64,000 nt of DNA. It comes from Moniliella sp. 'wahieum' (Eukaryota). The notes below the pieces were generated by a model. It was not told the DNA's origin and ran no database searches. It worked only from the letters and a program-made list of their open reading frames with translations. The DNA lies in the NCBI GenBank assembly GCA_003971905.1, contig RSEE01000045.1, forward strand, positions 248,001 through 312,000, read 5' to 3'. A program made the translations under genes and the position numbers. The first letter of the stretch is position 1, and every line of letters begins with the position of its first letter. Below are positions 42,820 to 57,412 of the stretch, one piece after another.

Positions 42820-45314
42820 ATGCCTGCCTCCCCTCCGCTGCATGCGCCAGCCCGCCGCCCGCCCGCCCCCCCCTCCGCCACCACCTCCACCACCACCCCT
42901 GCCCCCGCCACCCCCTCTCCCCGACCCATCCCCTGCCCCTGCGCCCACAGCAGGTGCCAGCACCAGTGCCCCCCCCCCATCTCCCCGTCCCCCTCCTTGA
43001 TCCCGCCCCGACAGTCCACTCGGCTGCCCAGCGGGGCGATGTCGCCACGCTTGACACACTCATCTCCTCTCACCAGGCCCGCGCCACCGACCGCGACGCC
43101 GACGGCATTACTCCGCTCCACTGGGCCGCCATCAATGGCCAGATCCCCGCTTGCCTCTACCTCCTGGATCATGGCGCCGAGGTAGACGCTCGCGGTGGCG
43201 AACTCGCCGCTACCCCCCCTGCAGTGGGCCACCCGCGTAGGCCACCTCTACGTCATCCAGCTCCTCATTGACCGCGGTGCCGACCCTCTGATGACCGACG
43301 CCCAGGGCTTTAATACCCTCCACCTTGTTATCCATTCCTCCACTGTCATGCCCCTTGTGTTCTTGCTGCAGCAACCTGTCTTTGCTGCCAGTGCAGCCGA
43401 CATACCCCCTGGATCTGCTGCCCCTATCCTCAAGGCCCCCGACCCCGCGTATTGCGCGGTGTGGATTCGGAGGATACACAGCGCCACACATCCCTCATGT
43501 GGGCCGCGTACCAAGGGGATGCACTGAGCGTGGAGCTGCTGCTCGCTCATGGCGCAAGTGTGGCCACCCATGATGACCTTGGTCTTACCCCGCTTCATTG
43601 GGCTGTCGTAAGAGGAAATCGGCTGTGCATCCGTCGCTTGCTTGAGGCCGGTGCAAGTACCTCGGCCAAGGAGAACGAGGGCAAGACGGCAAGGGAGATG
43701 GCCGATGAACTCAAGTCCCTCAGTGCCTACGACAAGGCATTGGCTGATGCAGGGTTGGACTCGCAAGGACATCGCAGGAAACGTTTCTTCAGTCCGTATA
43801 TGACCAACGTCTTGATTATGCTGCTTCCTTTTGCTTTGGTCGGTGTGGTGGCCAAGACATTTTCTCTGGTGCCTTGGTTTGCTGCTTTGCTTTTTGCCGT
43901 ACCACAGGCGTATGCGATGCATTACACCGTGGCCAAGATCTTGCTCGACGATCAAGAGCCACAGTCGATCCAAAGGTCGGTTTATTTTTTGGCCATCGTC
44001 TCGGGCTCCATTGCCTGGGTCGGGCTGGTATGGGCAGTCAAGTTTGTGTGGGCCACCCCAGGCCACGGCTGGTCCAATATGGCAATGTTCGTCACTCTTC
44101 TCGTTTGCTCCTACAGCCTGTACCGATCTGCCGTGATGGATCCAGGCTATGTTGCTCGTCCTCAAAGCGAGGTCGAACGGAGAACATTGGTGGAAACGTT
44201 GCTCAAGGAGAATCGGCTCAACGGACAAAACTTTTGCATTCCCTGTTTGGCGCGTAAACCACTGCGCTCAAAACATTGCCACATCTGTAAACGTTGCTGC
44301 CGGCCACGATCACCACTGCCCTTGGACAAGCAACTGCATTGGCGTCAACAACCATCGCCAATTTATCTGTTCCTCACGGCGCTTGTTTTGGGCGTGATTG
44401 ACTTTGCGTATCTCTCATCTATCTGTATGTACAGGTACAGCTCTTGGTTTGACGTTTGATGTACTACCCCCCGCTAACCTCTGTGCTCGCCCGCCCAGAT
44501 TTGGTCAACCAAGTAAGTTCATGGGAACCCCTGAGCAGTCGTTCTGTCTATTCCCCAACGATGTGTGCCGAGCGATGGAAACCGACATGTTTGCCGTTGT
44601 GATTACCCTGTGGGCATGCCTGCAGTTGACATGGACGGTGGTACTACTGCTGGCGCAGCTGCTCCAAATTGCGCGACAGATGACGACCCTGGAGATGAGC
44701 AATCTTGGTCGCTATGGCTTTATGGGAGGGCGCGGTACCAGCATGGCATCGCAAACCAACTTTGTGGCGCAACGTCAAGGGGCCACGGGCGTAGCTGGCT
44801 CGCCCGAGGGCTCGGATACTGGCGCGAACGCGGGACAAGCCCAGGATCACCACCACCACCATCACCACCACCATGGCTTTCGGCAGACGATGGCTGGCAT
44901 GGGCGGGTGCCTGCTCCGTGTTGTCGGACTCGACCTCTACACCCGCGGCAAGGCTGGCGAGGGCCTACGTCGCGCAGGCAAAGGCGGCAATCCATTTGAC
45001 CTGGTCTCGTTGCCAATTGCCGCGACTTTTGGACGCGGGGAGACGAGCTGGGAGTGGATTATACCAAACTGTACGACGTGCCGCCGCAAGGGTTTGCTGC
45101 GGTGGTCAAAGAACGCAAGGCGATGCACCGCTCCGACCCATCTCGCCGTTCTTCCACCGCCGCCGGATCAAGCTTGTTACCTTTGACCAGCCAAGATGTG
45201 GATGCAGAGCGATCGAGAGACACTCCGAGGCAGCGCTGGACCTTGCGCTCGCCGTTTGGCGGAGTGCGAGATTCCAGTCGCGGCCAGTACGCTCACCTTG
45301 CCTCGGAAGTGTGA
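42820..45314 (+). CDS. AKR1: Ankyrin-repeat DHHC palmitoyltransferase
   Basis: Ankyrins [32 protein letters not shown] helices; [48 protein letters not shown]. Confidence 0.95.
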
Positions 45315-46096
45315 AGTATGACCCACGCAGCGCTGCAGCGCTTAGCGCCTCGTGCTGCCGTGTGCTATGGCTATGTATGACGCATGACGCGTCGTCCAAA
45401 GAGATGCTTGGCGCCCGGGTGCCGGCGGGCTAGTCGGTCTGCTGCCCTGCTTGGAGAAGGGTGTGGTGGACGCTGGTCCAGAGGCGCTAGTAGGCAGTAG
45501 GCATAGGATCGATGGCAGTCGCATGCGAGGCAAGGGCGGGCGTGGGGCTGAGGGCGAGGCGAGGCGAATCGATGCGTTGGCTGCGCAGGGGGCGGGCCCC
45601 TTCTGGGGAGCAAGGTGGAGCAGCCTGGGCCTCCCTGACCTCCCTTGGAGCTTTGGGCGGCTGAAGCTCCCAAGGGGCGCAAGGGGACTGGACCGGTGGA
45701 CGTGTGCACGTGTGCACGTGCGGGGGTGACATGTGACATGCGACAAGGCCAGCACAGGGCACTGGGCAAGCCGAGGCGGCGGACTTAAACCCCAGGAATT
45801 TGTCAACCGGCGAGGCGGCCGGCGCACCAGGGCAGTGCTGGCCTGCTCCGTTGTGACTTGTGACTGGCAAGCGGGCGCGGAGAAAGACCGCAGGAGTGGC
45901 AATTAATTCTTCCCTCTGGCGGCTCGGAGCTGGCAGCTGGGCCACCCCGACCCGCGCAATACGCTTCAAATAAGGCTGCTGCCAACAACCCCGGACGAGT
46001 TGGTTGTCTACCACCTTCTGCTCTGCCCTTGGCGCCTTGTAGCAGCCGTTTGTCTTTCCGTTCGTCTGTCCGTGTCTGATCTGTCCGTTTGTCGCT

Positions 46097-47204
<1,108 letters not shown>

Positions 47205-47769
47205 ACGAGGGCGATTCGTTGGCCACTCGGTTTCCTCCTCTCCCGTCCCTACCGAGGGCGGGATCACAACGACGCGTTCCTCGCTTCCCATCCGGGCACC
47301 CTCGCCCCGTCGGGCCAACGGGGATTCAACGATGCTCTGTTGAATACGCTGGGCAAATCAGCCGAGTGAACTGAAGGGCCGTGTTACTTTGTATCTCCCC
47401 TCCCCCTTCCTTGGCCAAGGCATCGCGCTGTGATGCATTTTTCAGTTCTACGCTATGGATGCTCGCTGTGGATAGTATCCTCTGGGTGTATGGACCCGGC
47501 CCCGGATCAAGGCGATGCAGTGGCAGTTGCATAGCATTCCAACTGCCCCGCCAAGCACGCTATTTGTCAGTAGCTGACACCTCCACCAGAAATGGACCAA
47601 GATAATGAGCAGCAAGTCTGCGGGTATGGATAAAACAAAGAGGTAGTGGACTGGGAGGAGGAAGGAAAGGGAGAAAGAGATGCCATGGGATGACATGAGA
47701 TGATGGCATGAGAGTGACGATGAAATCCTGCACTTTGAAGACCAAGGACCAAGACAGGAGACAGTACCA

Positions 47770-50047
47770 CAGGCGTTCATGGTACGTTCTTCTTGTTTTC
47801 CCGACTGGGAGACCCCGACTGGAGAAGCCGAGCGAACGCGGATCCTAGGTGTGCCCAGCGTGGATTTGGCGCCTGCAACGCGTCGAGGAACCCAAGCGCC
47901 TTGCGGGGGGCACTGGCCACCTCGCGGGAGGAGCAGTCGAGTGCCGCCTCGGGGGGACGAGGTGGGGGGTGAGAGGGAGTAGCACCCACCACGGAGGCCC
48001 CCCACGGAGGAAATAGTTGCTCATCGATCCCCACCTCCCTCGGCCAGCATCAGCCAAGGGACCATCTAACGCATCACTTTGACCTTGGTTGAGCACGGGA
48101 CTGGACGGACCACTGCCCGCCTTGGCGTCATCGTGGTTGACAAAAAGCCAAGACCGCGCCAACTCGTCCCGCTATCTTTTTGCTCGTTGACCAGTCCTCG
48201 CGGTGGTGGGGATGTACCCTGCCGATTCATCGCCGTCACAGCTAACCGCCGCAAACTCGCGGTGCCAGCGGCAAAGGCAGCGCCCGAGGCGGCGATGCTT
48301 TGCCCAGCGCAGCACGTGGCTCGTCCACGTGGCAGCCAAACGTGCCGACACACCTTCAAGGACCGACAAGCGCCGTTCAAATGGATGCTGAATCCCTTGT
48401 CCCGTCGGGTCGATCGGTGTGGATGCTTTCCAGATGTGATAGGCAGGCGTTTTGCCAACCGCACGACATAACATCCGACCAAAATGGGAGATAGCCGAGT
48501 GGCGCTGCTCATCTCGGCAGTGGCAGGTGCAGTAGCTGGTTCCGTAGGCGACATTGGCCTGTGCAAGGTCGGGTCGGTGGGGTGTGCCGGGACAGTGGCG
48601 GGGTCCACCGGACCCAGAGAGGCAGGCACGGATGTATGCCATCAGAGGGCACTCCAGTGGCAGTCCGTCCCGAGGAAGCCTCGACTTCCTCGGCTTGACG
48701 AGTGGCCATCAACAGGAGGTAATGTACCTTTGAAATTGTTCCCGAAGCCATTCGTCCGAGCCACGGAAGCCCAGGGTGGAGGTCTGGTCCGGCTTGGTGG
48801 TATCCCACCCTTCCAGCACAGCTGGAATGATCTCCTCCTCCATCCAGCGCTTGTCGGCTGTGGTGAGCAAAACTGCCTGTTGCAGCTCCGAGGGAGTCAT
48901 TGGACGCGGGGCAGAGTGCACACTCGGCTCTATGCCAAGGGCCGGAGGGCGTTGTGAGATGGAGGAGAGGTAGATGGTGAAGTGGGTGAACGTTGGGATT
49001 GGGGTGTATCGGAGGGAGAGCTTGGTGCATCCCCAGACTCGTCCAGGCTGCAGCAGATGATGGACATGTCCTCAATGTTGACGATAACATCAATGCTGAT
49101 ATCTTGCTGACTTAACACGATCGGATTGCTTGTCCCTACCAGCCAAGAGGTAGCTTTGAGAGAATCAAGGTGCTGTAATGGAAGGTACGGATGAAAAATG
49201 GCGTTGCCACTAAAGATTGGCACAGTCGCAGGGGGAACCAGGGTGGACAACTGGTTGGGCCTCGGCACAGTCGTCCAGGTGGGTCATCAAGCCTGGGAAC
49301 AGGAAACCAAATATTGTGCCATACACAACTTCTCAATTGGGTATCCGTAGAACAGATTCTCCGCTGGAGTAGGATGAGCTTGAGGAGGATGAGCGTGTGG
49401 CTCCTCCACTCATACACAAACGGCGCAGGTTGGTCCCCATGCCCAAGGCGATATCTAACAAGCGCAGTGAGGTGGGCAAGGACAAGATGGAGGGCTGGAC
49501 TCCCGATCCCATCGAGTCGGTCGGTATGGGCAAGCTGGGGTTGGACTTCGATTCCTTGAGCGATTGACGCAGAGCTGCTTCCAGCGTGCTCTCGAGGCTG
49601 TGGCTAAAGTCAGCAAGCAGCTCGCGATCGTTCAAGTCGCCTTGGTGAAAGTAAGCACGTGTCACAATGGCTAGCTTGTCCTGCACCGGATGGAAGACGG
49701 AGCGCGAGTGAGGATCACAACTGCCTTCTGGATGGTGGAGCGGGTCATGCCCGTTTTAACCTTTAGTTGCGACACGGGCACTTGCCTGGTGCAAGAGACA
49801 CCAAAGATGGTGCTACCAGGGCAGGATGGGATGCTGTGCATATGAAAGAAACAAAGTCCTCTTCCAGACGGTTGCTACCGTCGGGGAGGGCAAAAAAGGG
49901 AGGTCGTTCTCAGCTGGGGTCGTCGCCCAACGAGTCGGGATACGTCCACTCCACTTGCGGGCCGACCTGGTGGTGGAAGTTGACTACCGCCACGCCGACC
50001 ACCAAGGGGGTGGAAGTGGCAGGAGCAGGGCCAGGGACGGTGGACAT
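47770..50047 (-). CDS. AVL9: Late secretory pathway protein Avl9 (DENN-like); 3' end approximate
   Basis: GVAVVNFHHQVGPQVEW, QDKLAIVTRAYFHQGD, TLILLKLILLQRR, FHPYLPLQ, LTTADKRWM, GFRGSDEWLREQFQRY. Confidence 0.92.
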
Positions 50048-50896
50048 GGCGTGGCTGGCTCCCTTGGCAGGGGTGGCCAGAGAAAGAGAGGTGGTGAGCG
50101 CAGCCGTGGTGGTTCGACCGACGATCCCCATCCCCTTGGCCGGCCAAGACGACTTGAGTTGGTTCTGCCTGTTGCGCCTCCCGTGTCTCTCCAAGTCGCA
50201 TATGCTCGCATGCGTCATGCGTCACATCTCACAGGGGCTGCGCGCTTGCGCGGGCGGGCTGGGTGAACGTTTCAAATACGGCCAGCTCATTGTAGTCCGC
50301 CCCACTTTACCATCACGTGGTCTACATGGCCAGCTGCTAGGCGCTCGCCGGACTGGGGCCTGATGGGCTGCGCAATGCACGTAATGCCCAAAGCCTACTT
50401 ACCACACAAAGGGACTGCCGATTACCGGGGATGGACTGCCCTCCATTCTCATCAGGCCGTCTGGGGTCCTGAGGCCAGGGAATGAATTGCTACTGCCCTC
50501 ATCATGCCCAGTCAGGCCAGGGGCGGGGGTCCATAACGGATCGTGGGGTTCGGCTGGAACGGCAGAATGGTGGTTGGTTGGGATCCAACGCTCCTGAGAC
50601 GCACCCGCAAGTTCGCGCCCATCCGTTTTAAAAACCAGCGCACGCTGCGCGTATGGCAGCGTACAGCCTTCCATTTAAATGCATTGACGCGTCGCGCGCG
50701 CGCACGGCGTGGCCAGATTACCTAAGCCACGACGCGTCGCCGGTGGTCGGCTATGGCAGCCCAGCGCACCGCGCCCATCTCGGGTTTGATCCTCCCATCG
50801 CTGTTGCTCTCGCCTGCTTGCTACTGCCATGGCGTCTCTGGTGCGACCTGACGCCATCCTCACTGCTCGCGCCGCCTTGCTGCTGCCCCTGGACTT

Positions 50897-52618
50897 GATG
50901 CTGGCGCCCCCCGTCGCTGACCCCCGCACCATCGAAGACGACGATGCGGATGAAATGGACCTCTTCTTGCTGCAGACCGAAGACGAAATGCACCGCCAGA
51001 ACGCCGCCTCGGCCACGCCCACACCGTCCGCTTCGTCCCTTCCCCACCTGTCCAGCCCAAATTCTCCCAGGTGAAGCAGGAGCGGTTGGACACGAGCCCG
51101 TTGCTCGCGCCACACACCCCAGCGAAGCCTCCTCGGGCTCTGCTCTGGCTCAGGAAGGAAACGCAAGCGCCCCACCTCGGCCAACCCTAAACGCTCCCCT
51201 CAGACCGCCAGTCACGTCGTCTGGATCAAGGAAAACCGCTTTTTCTAACGACCACGACGGGAATCTGCCTTTCCATCTTAAGCGCAAACGTGCATCGGAT
51301 GGTACTTCCCACACCCCCAATCGCCTGCGCGCCACTCCTCGTGCGCTCGCAACCGATCTGCAAGTTGCTGCAGCTCGAAGTGGTACGCTGCCTGTTGATG
51401 GCGATTGGCACACAAGAAAGTGGATTGGAAACTGCCCCCCGCATGTATCATCGCGATATCGCACAGAGTGGCGCATCCGGCGCTAAACACTTGGCCCTCA
51501 CTGCTCAAGACGAAGAGGGCGAGGACATACCACTGGGGCAAGTTGTGTCCAGTAGAAATCATCTCGGTGGAGTTCAAAGTCACCGTCTCCACCCTAGCAG
51601 CTGATGATGGATTTGTTTCGCGTTCGCCATCGGATATGGTTGAGTGAAAGGGAGGACGTTACTGGCACAAAAGTGGTCGGTGACCCGTCACTGGCTCTCG
51701 ACGTCGAGGTTGAGGATGACGAAGCGGAAGAGGAGTACGCCGACGAGTTTGATGAAGCGGAAGAAGAATGATCCCATGAAGCTCACCTGGGTGATCTCGT
51801 CTCTGGGTCCCCAATGACGTCTGGGATGACTCTGAACGTCGATACATGGCCCAAGCTGAGGCAGAGTATGCTATCCTTCATGAGCGGCGCAAGAAACATC
51901 GAGAGCATACTGCAGCTCAAGGCCAAGCGGTACAGACGCGGGCCAAAGTGGAGCGGGAAGCCCGGCAGACGGAGACACCGGCACCGGTTTCCTCTCTGTC
52001 TGATGACGGGGATTGAATCAAGCTGCATACTCTGCTACTCATAAGTCTTCAGCCTCGCCCAGGAATCCTGTTGTGGGGGCTCAAGTTACATCAGAGGATG
52101 CCGATAAGAAACAACCAAATGGTTCATCAGCACTGCCAACGCCAGTAAAGATGGAGCCCCATTTCCCGCCCCTCGCCCGCGCGACTGCCACTTCCACCCA
52201 TCCCACCGTCCCAACCTGGCGCCGGCGCGGTGCCATTGGTCTAACCCCACGACGAGATCATGCAGAACTTGGCTTACTCTTCGTTCTACTTTGGGTATTA
52301 CCGTGCATTGGCCGATGTTTCTAGCAGTCAAAGTGGAGATCCATCTTCAACTCCTCCCGCACCCTCTGCCGCGACAACGCAGCAATCTAACTGGTCCGGT
52401 GTGGCTCCTCAGCAAGGCGCTTTTCCATGCCACCACCTACGGTGCAACCACCCTCTACGCCTAACTCAGCATCAACATCCCAGCCAACCGCCCATGCATA
52501 CGCCCCCTATACAATGGGTCCCAGCATGGCTTACCCCCTCCCATGCCCTATATGCTATGGCGGCGCCGTATCCCCCTGGATGTGGTCTCCATTTATGCCC
52601 TCCATGAGGCATCAATAA
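50897..52618 (+). CDS. SMN1: Survival motor neuron (SMN) orthologue with long N-terminal extension
   Basis: Acidic tract then NDVWDDSE.(V)DTW.QAEAEYAILH at ~51813-51882 (Gemin2-binding helix-like); YG-box-like MQNLAYSSFYFGYYRAL at 52260-52310. Needs indel correction; start uncertain. Confidence 0.7.
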
Positions 52619-52724
52619 TGTCCCGTTTGCAGGGTGGTGCACACCAAGACGATAGATGGGATGAACGGGTATCAGTGCAAGGCGAGAACGACAGTCACAG
52701 TTAGACGAGGGGGACCAAGTGACT

Positions 52725-53610
52725 TCACTCAAAGCTCTCCTCGCCCTCATTGCGAATCGTATTCAGTGTCTCCACCCGAGCACGGCCCTTGGTCTCCGAT
52801 TCGAGTATTCGTTGAGCGACTTGAGCGCCCCCGGGTCAATGGTCGCGATCAGCTCCCAGCCATCGTCCCATTCCTCTGACTCGATTTTCAACAAGCGGGT
52901 GAACCTTTTCTTTGAGCTTCTTACCCTCCTTGTTGGCCGCCGTCACGCGCACACGCAGCTTGACACGCTCCAAGTCAAGAATCTTCTTTTCTTGCAGCTG
53001 ACGCATCACGTCAAGAGCTTGTGCCTTGGCACTCTTTCCTGGCTTGACGCTGTACCCAATCTCGGTCATCGACTTCTCAATCAAGCCCACTGTAAAGGGC
53101 CGCTGAGATGCGCGGTCAACACTTGGTTCGAAACCAGCGTAGCAATCTCCCGGAACAAATTGCCAAGCTCTGTACTGCGCTCCTTTTCGCCCACTTGAAG
53201 TTCCCCCTTTTTAAGGATCTAGAGCGGAAACCAAGCGTGTTAGTAAGCCCACACAAAACGAAGCTGGGCAAAGAGGACGTACCTGAAGCACAATCTCTTT
53301 GGTCCGTCGTCCCAAATGCCTTTTGAAGGTCGCCATTGGGAGCCGTCTGCCCTTTGCTAACATTGAAGAAGACAGAGTGGATCTGGACCACCTCGTCAAT
53401 ATCCTTCTCGACTCCTGTGCGCCACTCGCGGACCTTGTTCTTGTAGCACGCGATCTCAAAACGCTTTCATTTGATGCCTGAGGTCAGTCCGTACACCCTG
53501 ATGCAGAGGGGTGGGATGGGGATGACATGACATACCTTGCCCCCCTTACGCAACCGGACAACCGATACGTTGGTGAGCTTAATCTGCCCTGAGGGTTGGA
53601 TGATGGGCAT
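52725..53610 (-). CDS. SDO1: Ribosome maturation factor Sdo1/SBDS
   Basis: [58 protein letters not shown]; short introns. Confidence 0.96.
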
Positions 53611-54091
53611 GGCCGCCGATGGGGGTGAGACTGAGTGGGGTGAACTTGTGCAAAAGCAGCTGGCGCGATGCCATCGATCATTTCAACCCATCTCACCTGA
53701 AAAAAGTTTCCCTGTTACGTAATTCGCACCGCCTTTGCAAAAACTTGCGACGGACATTAGAACCGCTGCGCCCCCACTCGCTCTTCCCGTCACGCGGCGT
53801 GACGACCAAACCAAGTCTTTCTGTGAGTCTGCCAGACCAACGCTCAAGGTGATGCTCCTACACGGCCCTAATTCAAGACCCAATGAAGCATGAAGCTTCA
53901 AGCTCTAGGAATGAGTAGTTTATCGTTACGCAAGTCGGTGTGGGAGTGTGGGGGGTGAGAGCGTAGTAGTGTCGAATAGAGCGGCGCAGGCATGAGTGCT
54001 GTACACGAGCACGACCACTAATGTGGCCCCGGTAAATGCAGATGGGCAACATGAGCAAAGGAAGGACAGCTTCAATGCCGTACTCGTATTT

Positions 54092-54676
54092 TTATGCGGT
54101 TGGTGGTGCTTCGGCGCCAGCAGCAGGCGGAGGAGGGTTGGCTTGCTTGCGCAGAGCGTCCCACTCGGCCTCGAGACGTTCCCGTGCGCGTACAATTTTG
54201 CTTTGAATGTAGAAACTCCCTTGGCCGCCGCCCTGGCGACCCTTCGGTGCGGGAGGGGCATTGATCTTGAAGAGACGCTCGTACGTCTGCAGGCGCATGG
54301 GCAAGATATGGTCAGTACCGAAGCATCCAGGGCACTGGCAAGCCCTCTTGTCCGAAAGGAAGAGAGTACGAAGAAGAAAGACACGTACTTTGACCATCTG
54401 TTCGATCTCTTCTGGCGCAGGAACTTTACCTGGGTTTGCCTCCTTGAAATTGAGGATGAGCATGGCCTCATCCGTGGTCATGCGGTGGGCGCGGGTCAAT
54501 TCGCCACTGACGCCGCCAGCTTTGGAGCCAGAGGCAGCCGCGGCGCCACCTGCAGCCGCGGTTTCCGGCGTGGCACGAATGTTGCGCACCGCCTGGCGGC
54601 CGGCCTCCATGAATGCCTTACCCACGATCTGGGAGCCAACAAAGAAGACCTGGGCCAGAATCTTAGGCAGCGACAT
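54092..54676 (-). CDS. PAM16: Mitochondrial import motor subunit Pam16/Tim16
   Basis: GSQIVGKAFMEAGRQA, MTTDEAMLILN, YERLFKIN, GSFYIQSKIVRARERLE; one intron ~54290-54387. Confidence 0.95.
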   Translation of the reverse strand: MSLPKILAQVFFVGSQIVGKAFMEAGRQAVRNIRATPETAAAGGAAAASGSKAGGVSGELTRAHRMTTDEAMLILNFKEANPGKVPAPEEIEQMVKVRVFLLRTLFLSDKRACQCPGCFGTDHILPMRLQTYERLFKINAPPAPKGRQGGGQGSFYIQSKIVRARERLEAEWDALRKQANPPPPAAGAEAPPTA

Positions 54677-54874
54677 GACGATGGGGAAGAGCGCTGGTGT
54701 GTGGCTGAGTCGAGCCGACTAGGCAATTGCCAACGGAGGTTTCGAAGACGTATTAGGTCAGCAGGAAGCAGACGACACTTACAATCTGCAACTTTGAACG
54801 TTGCAGCGCATTCATATTCACGCAAACGGGTGTATAAATATTCATTGACACCTCTCAGATCTTACTACCTGGTC

Positions 54875-55640
54875 TTCCTCTTCCTTCAAATGGAGGGAGC
54901 CTGTGTGTTCTCCATTCCCAAGGGCGACTTCTCCTCTGAAGGCGTCGTTGAGAGAGAATACCAGGAACTGGAACGCAAATTGGCACGGGCCGACATTGAG
55001 ATGGAAGACAAGGCAGGCCCCGCTCTGTCGGATGGATGGCAATCAGGGATGGACCGGGTCCAGGCTAACCTCGCCCTATACGTGTCTTATGTCAAAGGGA
55101 GACCCTCAACAGCCTTGTTCTTGCTCTCTTTGGCCCTCTTCACGGAGCAAACGTCTTTGTCTAGGGGAAGGGGGCAGCGGCAGAGCAATTGCACGATCCT
55201 CACTTGGGTGTGGCAGACGGCGGGCAGCAAAATGAGATACACGGAAACAATGCCAATGGTGTGCTCAAGTATGAAAGTCTCGGCCATGCCTGTTGATGGT
55301 GTGAGGTTGACGATGCGGTGTGGTGTCTCTTCCAATCAACCACATCAAACATTGACTCTTACGAGCATTCACTCACCAAACATTGTGGTTCCGCTTGATC
55401 CGCTTCCCTGAGGGCCCAAGTACGAGCCAGCGCATACGCTCATCACGCAGATCACGCGCGAGGGCAAATCCCAGTTGATTGATGTGGGACACAGTACGAG
55501 TCCGACAGTGTCCCATTTGCAGTCCTGTTGGCAAAACGCACTGCCAGAACTGCGACACCACCAAACGATTAGTTGTGTGACGACCCCACGCAATATAGGA
55601 GGGCCGCGATGGCTGCGGTGCCAGAAGCTTGATCAAGCAT
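54875..55640 (-). CDS. Possible hypothetical membrane protein
   Basis: A plausible GT..AG intron (~55290-55376) joins GSGSSGTTMFG to MAETFILEHTIGIVSVYLILLPAV. No family recognised. Confidence 0.25.
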
Positions 55641-56513
55641 TCTCTTCGCTACTTCCCTCTGGTGTCAATTAGCTGAGGCCCGAGTCAGGCCCCCGGGCGT
55701 GATGGACGATTGGTTGATTGATTCCATACAGAATAACCCACGCGCGGCCCCTTTTTGCCTGGCCCTTTTACAATGATGGCATGCTTCACCCCGTGTCTTC
55801 ATGCACCTCATGTGTTGTATATACTCCCGCGACCGCCGCCGCCGTATCACTCTCATCCCACCTAAGTAACCCCATATAGTAGTCCGTCCATCCCTGTTGA
55901 AGAAATGCTGATACTGGAATTGGTTGTCATTGACATTATGTGAACCCATCGATGAACGGAGATCGCCAAGTGGCAATATAGATCCGAGATAGTAGTTCTC
56001 GGATCTCGTATCTCACAGCGCGTGCTGTGGGATATTCCGTGGGCTGGGCTTGGCGGTCCTGGCAAAGGAGCGATTATCGATTAGTGCCGGGTGTAGATCA
56101 TCAATCATCGACTTGATCGATGTCCTCCCGGCTGGCTTTCCCAGGAGCCAACGACCAACTGGGACTAGTGATGAAGTGATTGATGATGACCGATGACTTG
56201 ATCAGACAGGCGGCGAGCAATTGATAATGGGTCATCGATAATCGAGCGGGGTGGGGGCCGGTGCGCGCCGGACATGGCGTGTGGCGGGAGGCGGGGGGCG
56301 TGCGCTATCGGGGTATCGGGGAGAATGCGCCGGGCAGCGGAGGCCAGCGCCTACCCGTGCCAGATCTTCGCAGTGATAACATGCATAACACCTTGGGTCT
56401 GGGGAGCCGCGCCGTGCTTATCAATCGGCCCTGGTGCCTTGCTGGCTGCTGTCCAGCCTGCGCCAACGTTCCACCGGCTCAGATCGGCCCAGCTGACCCA
56501 TGCGTCCACAGCG

Positions 56514-57412
<899 letters not shown>

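Noticed and set aside
44848..44874. CAC repeat encoding poly-His in Akr1
   Set aside because: Simple coding microsatellite in a variable C-terminal region; no evidence for special function.
53996..55411. 471-aa plus-strand ORF
   Set aside because: Its first half is antisense to PAM16 and it has no recognisable motifs; likely a shadow ORF.
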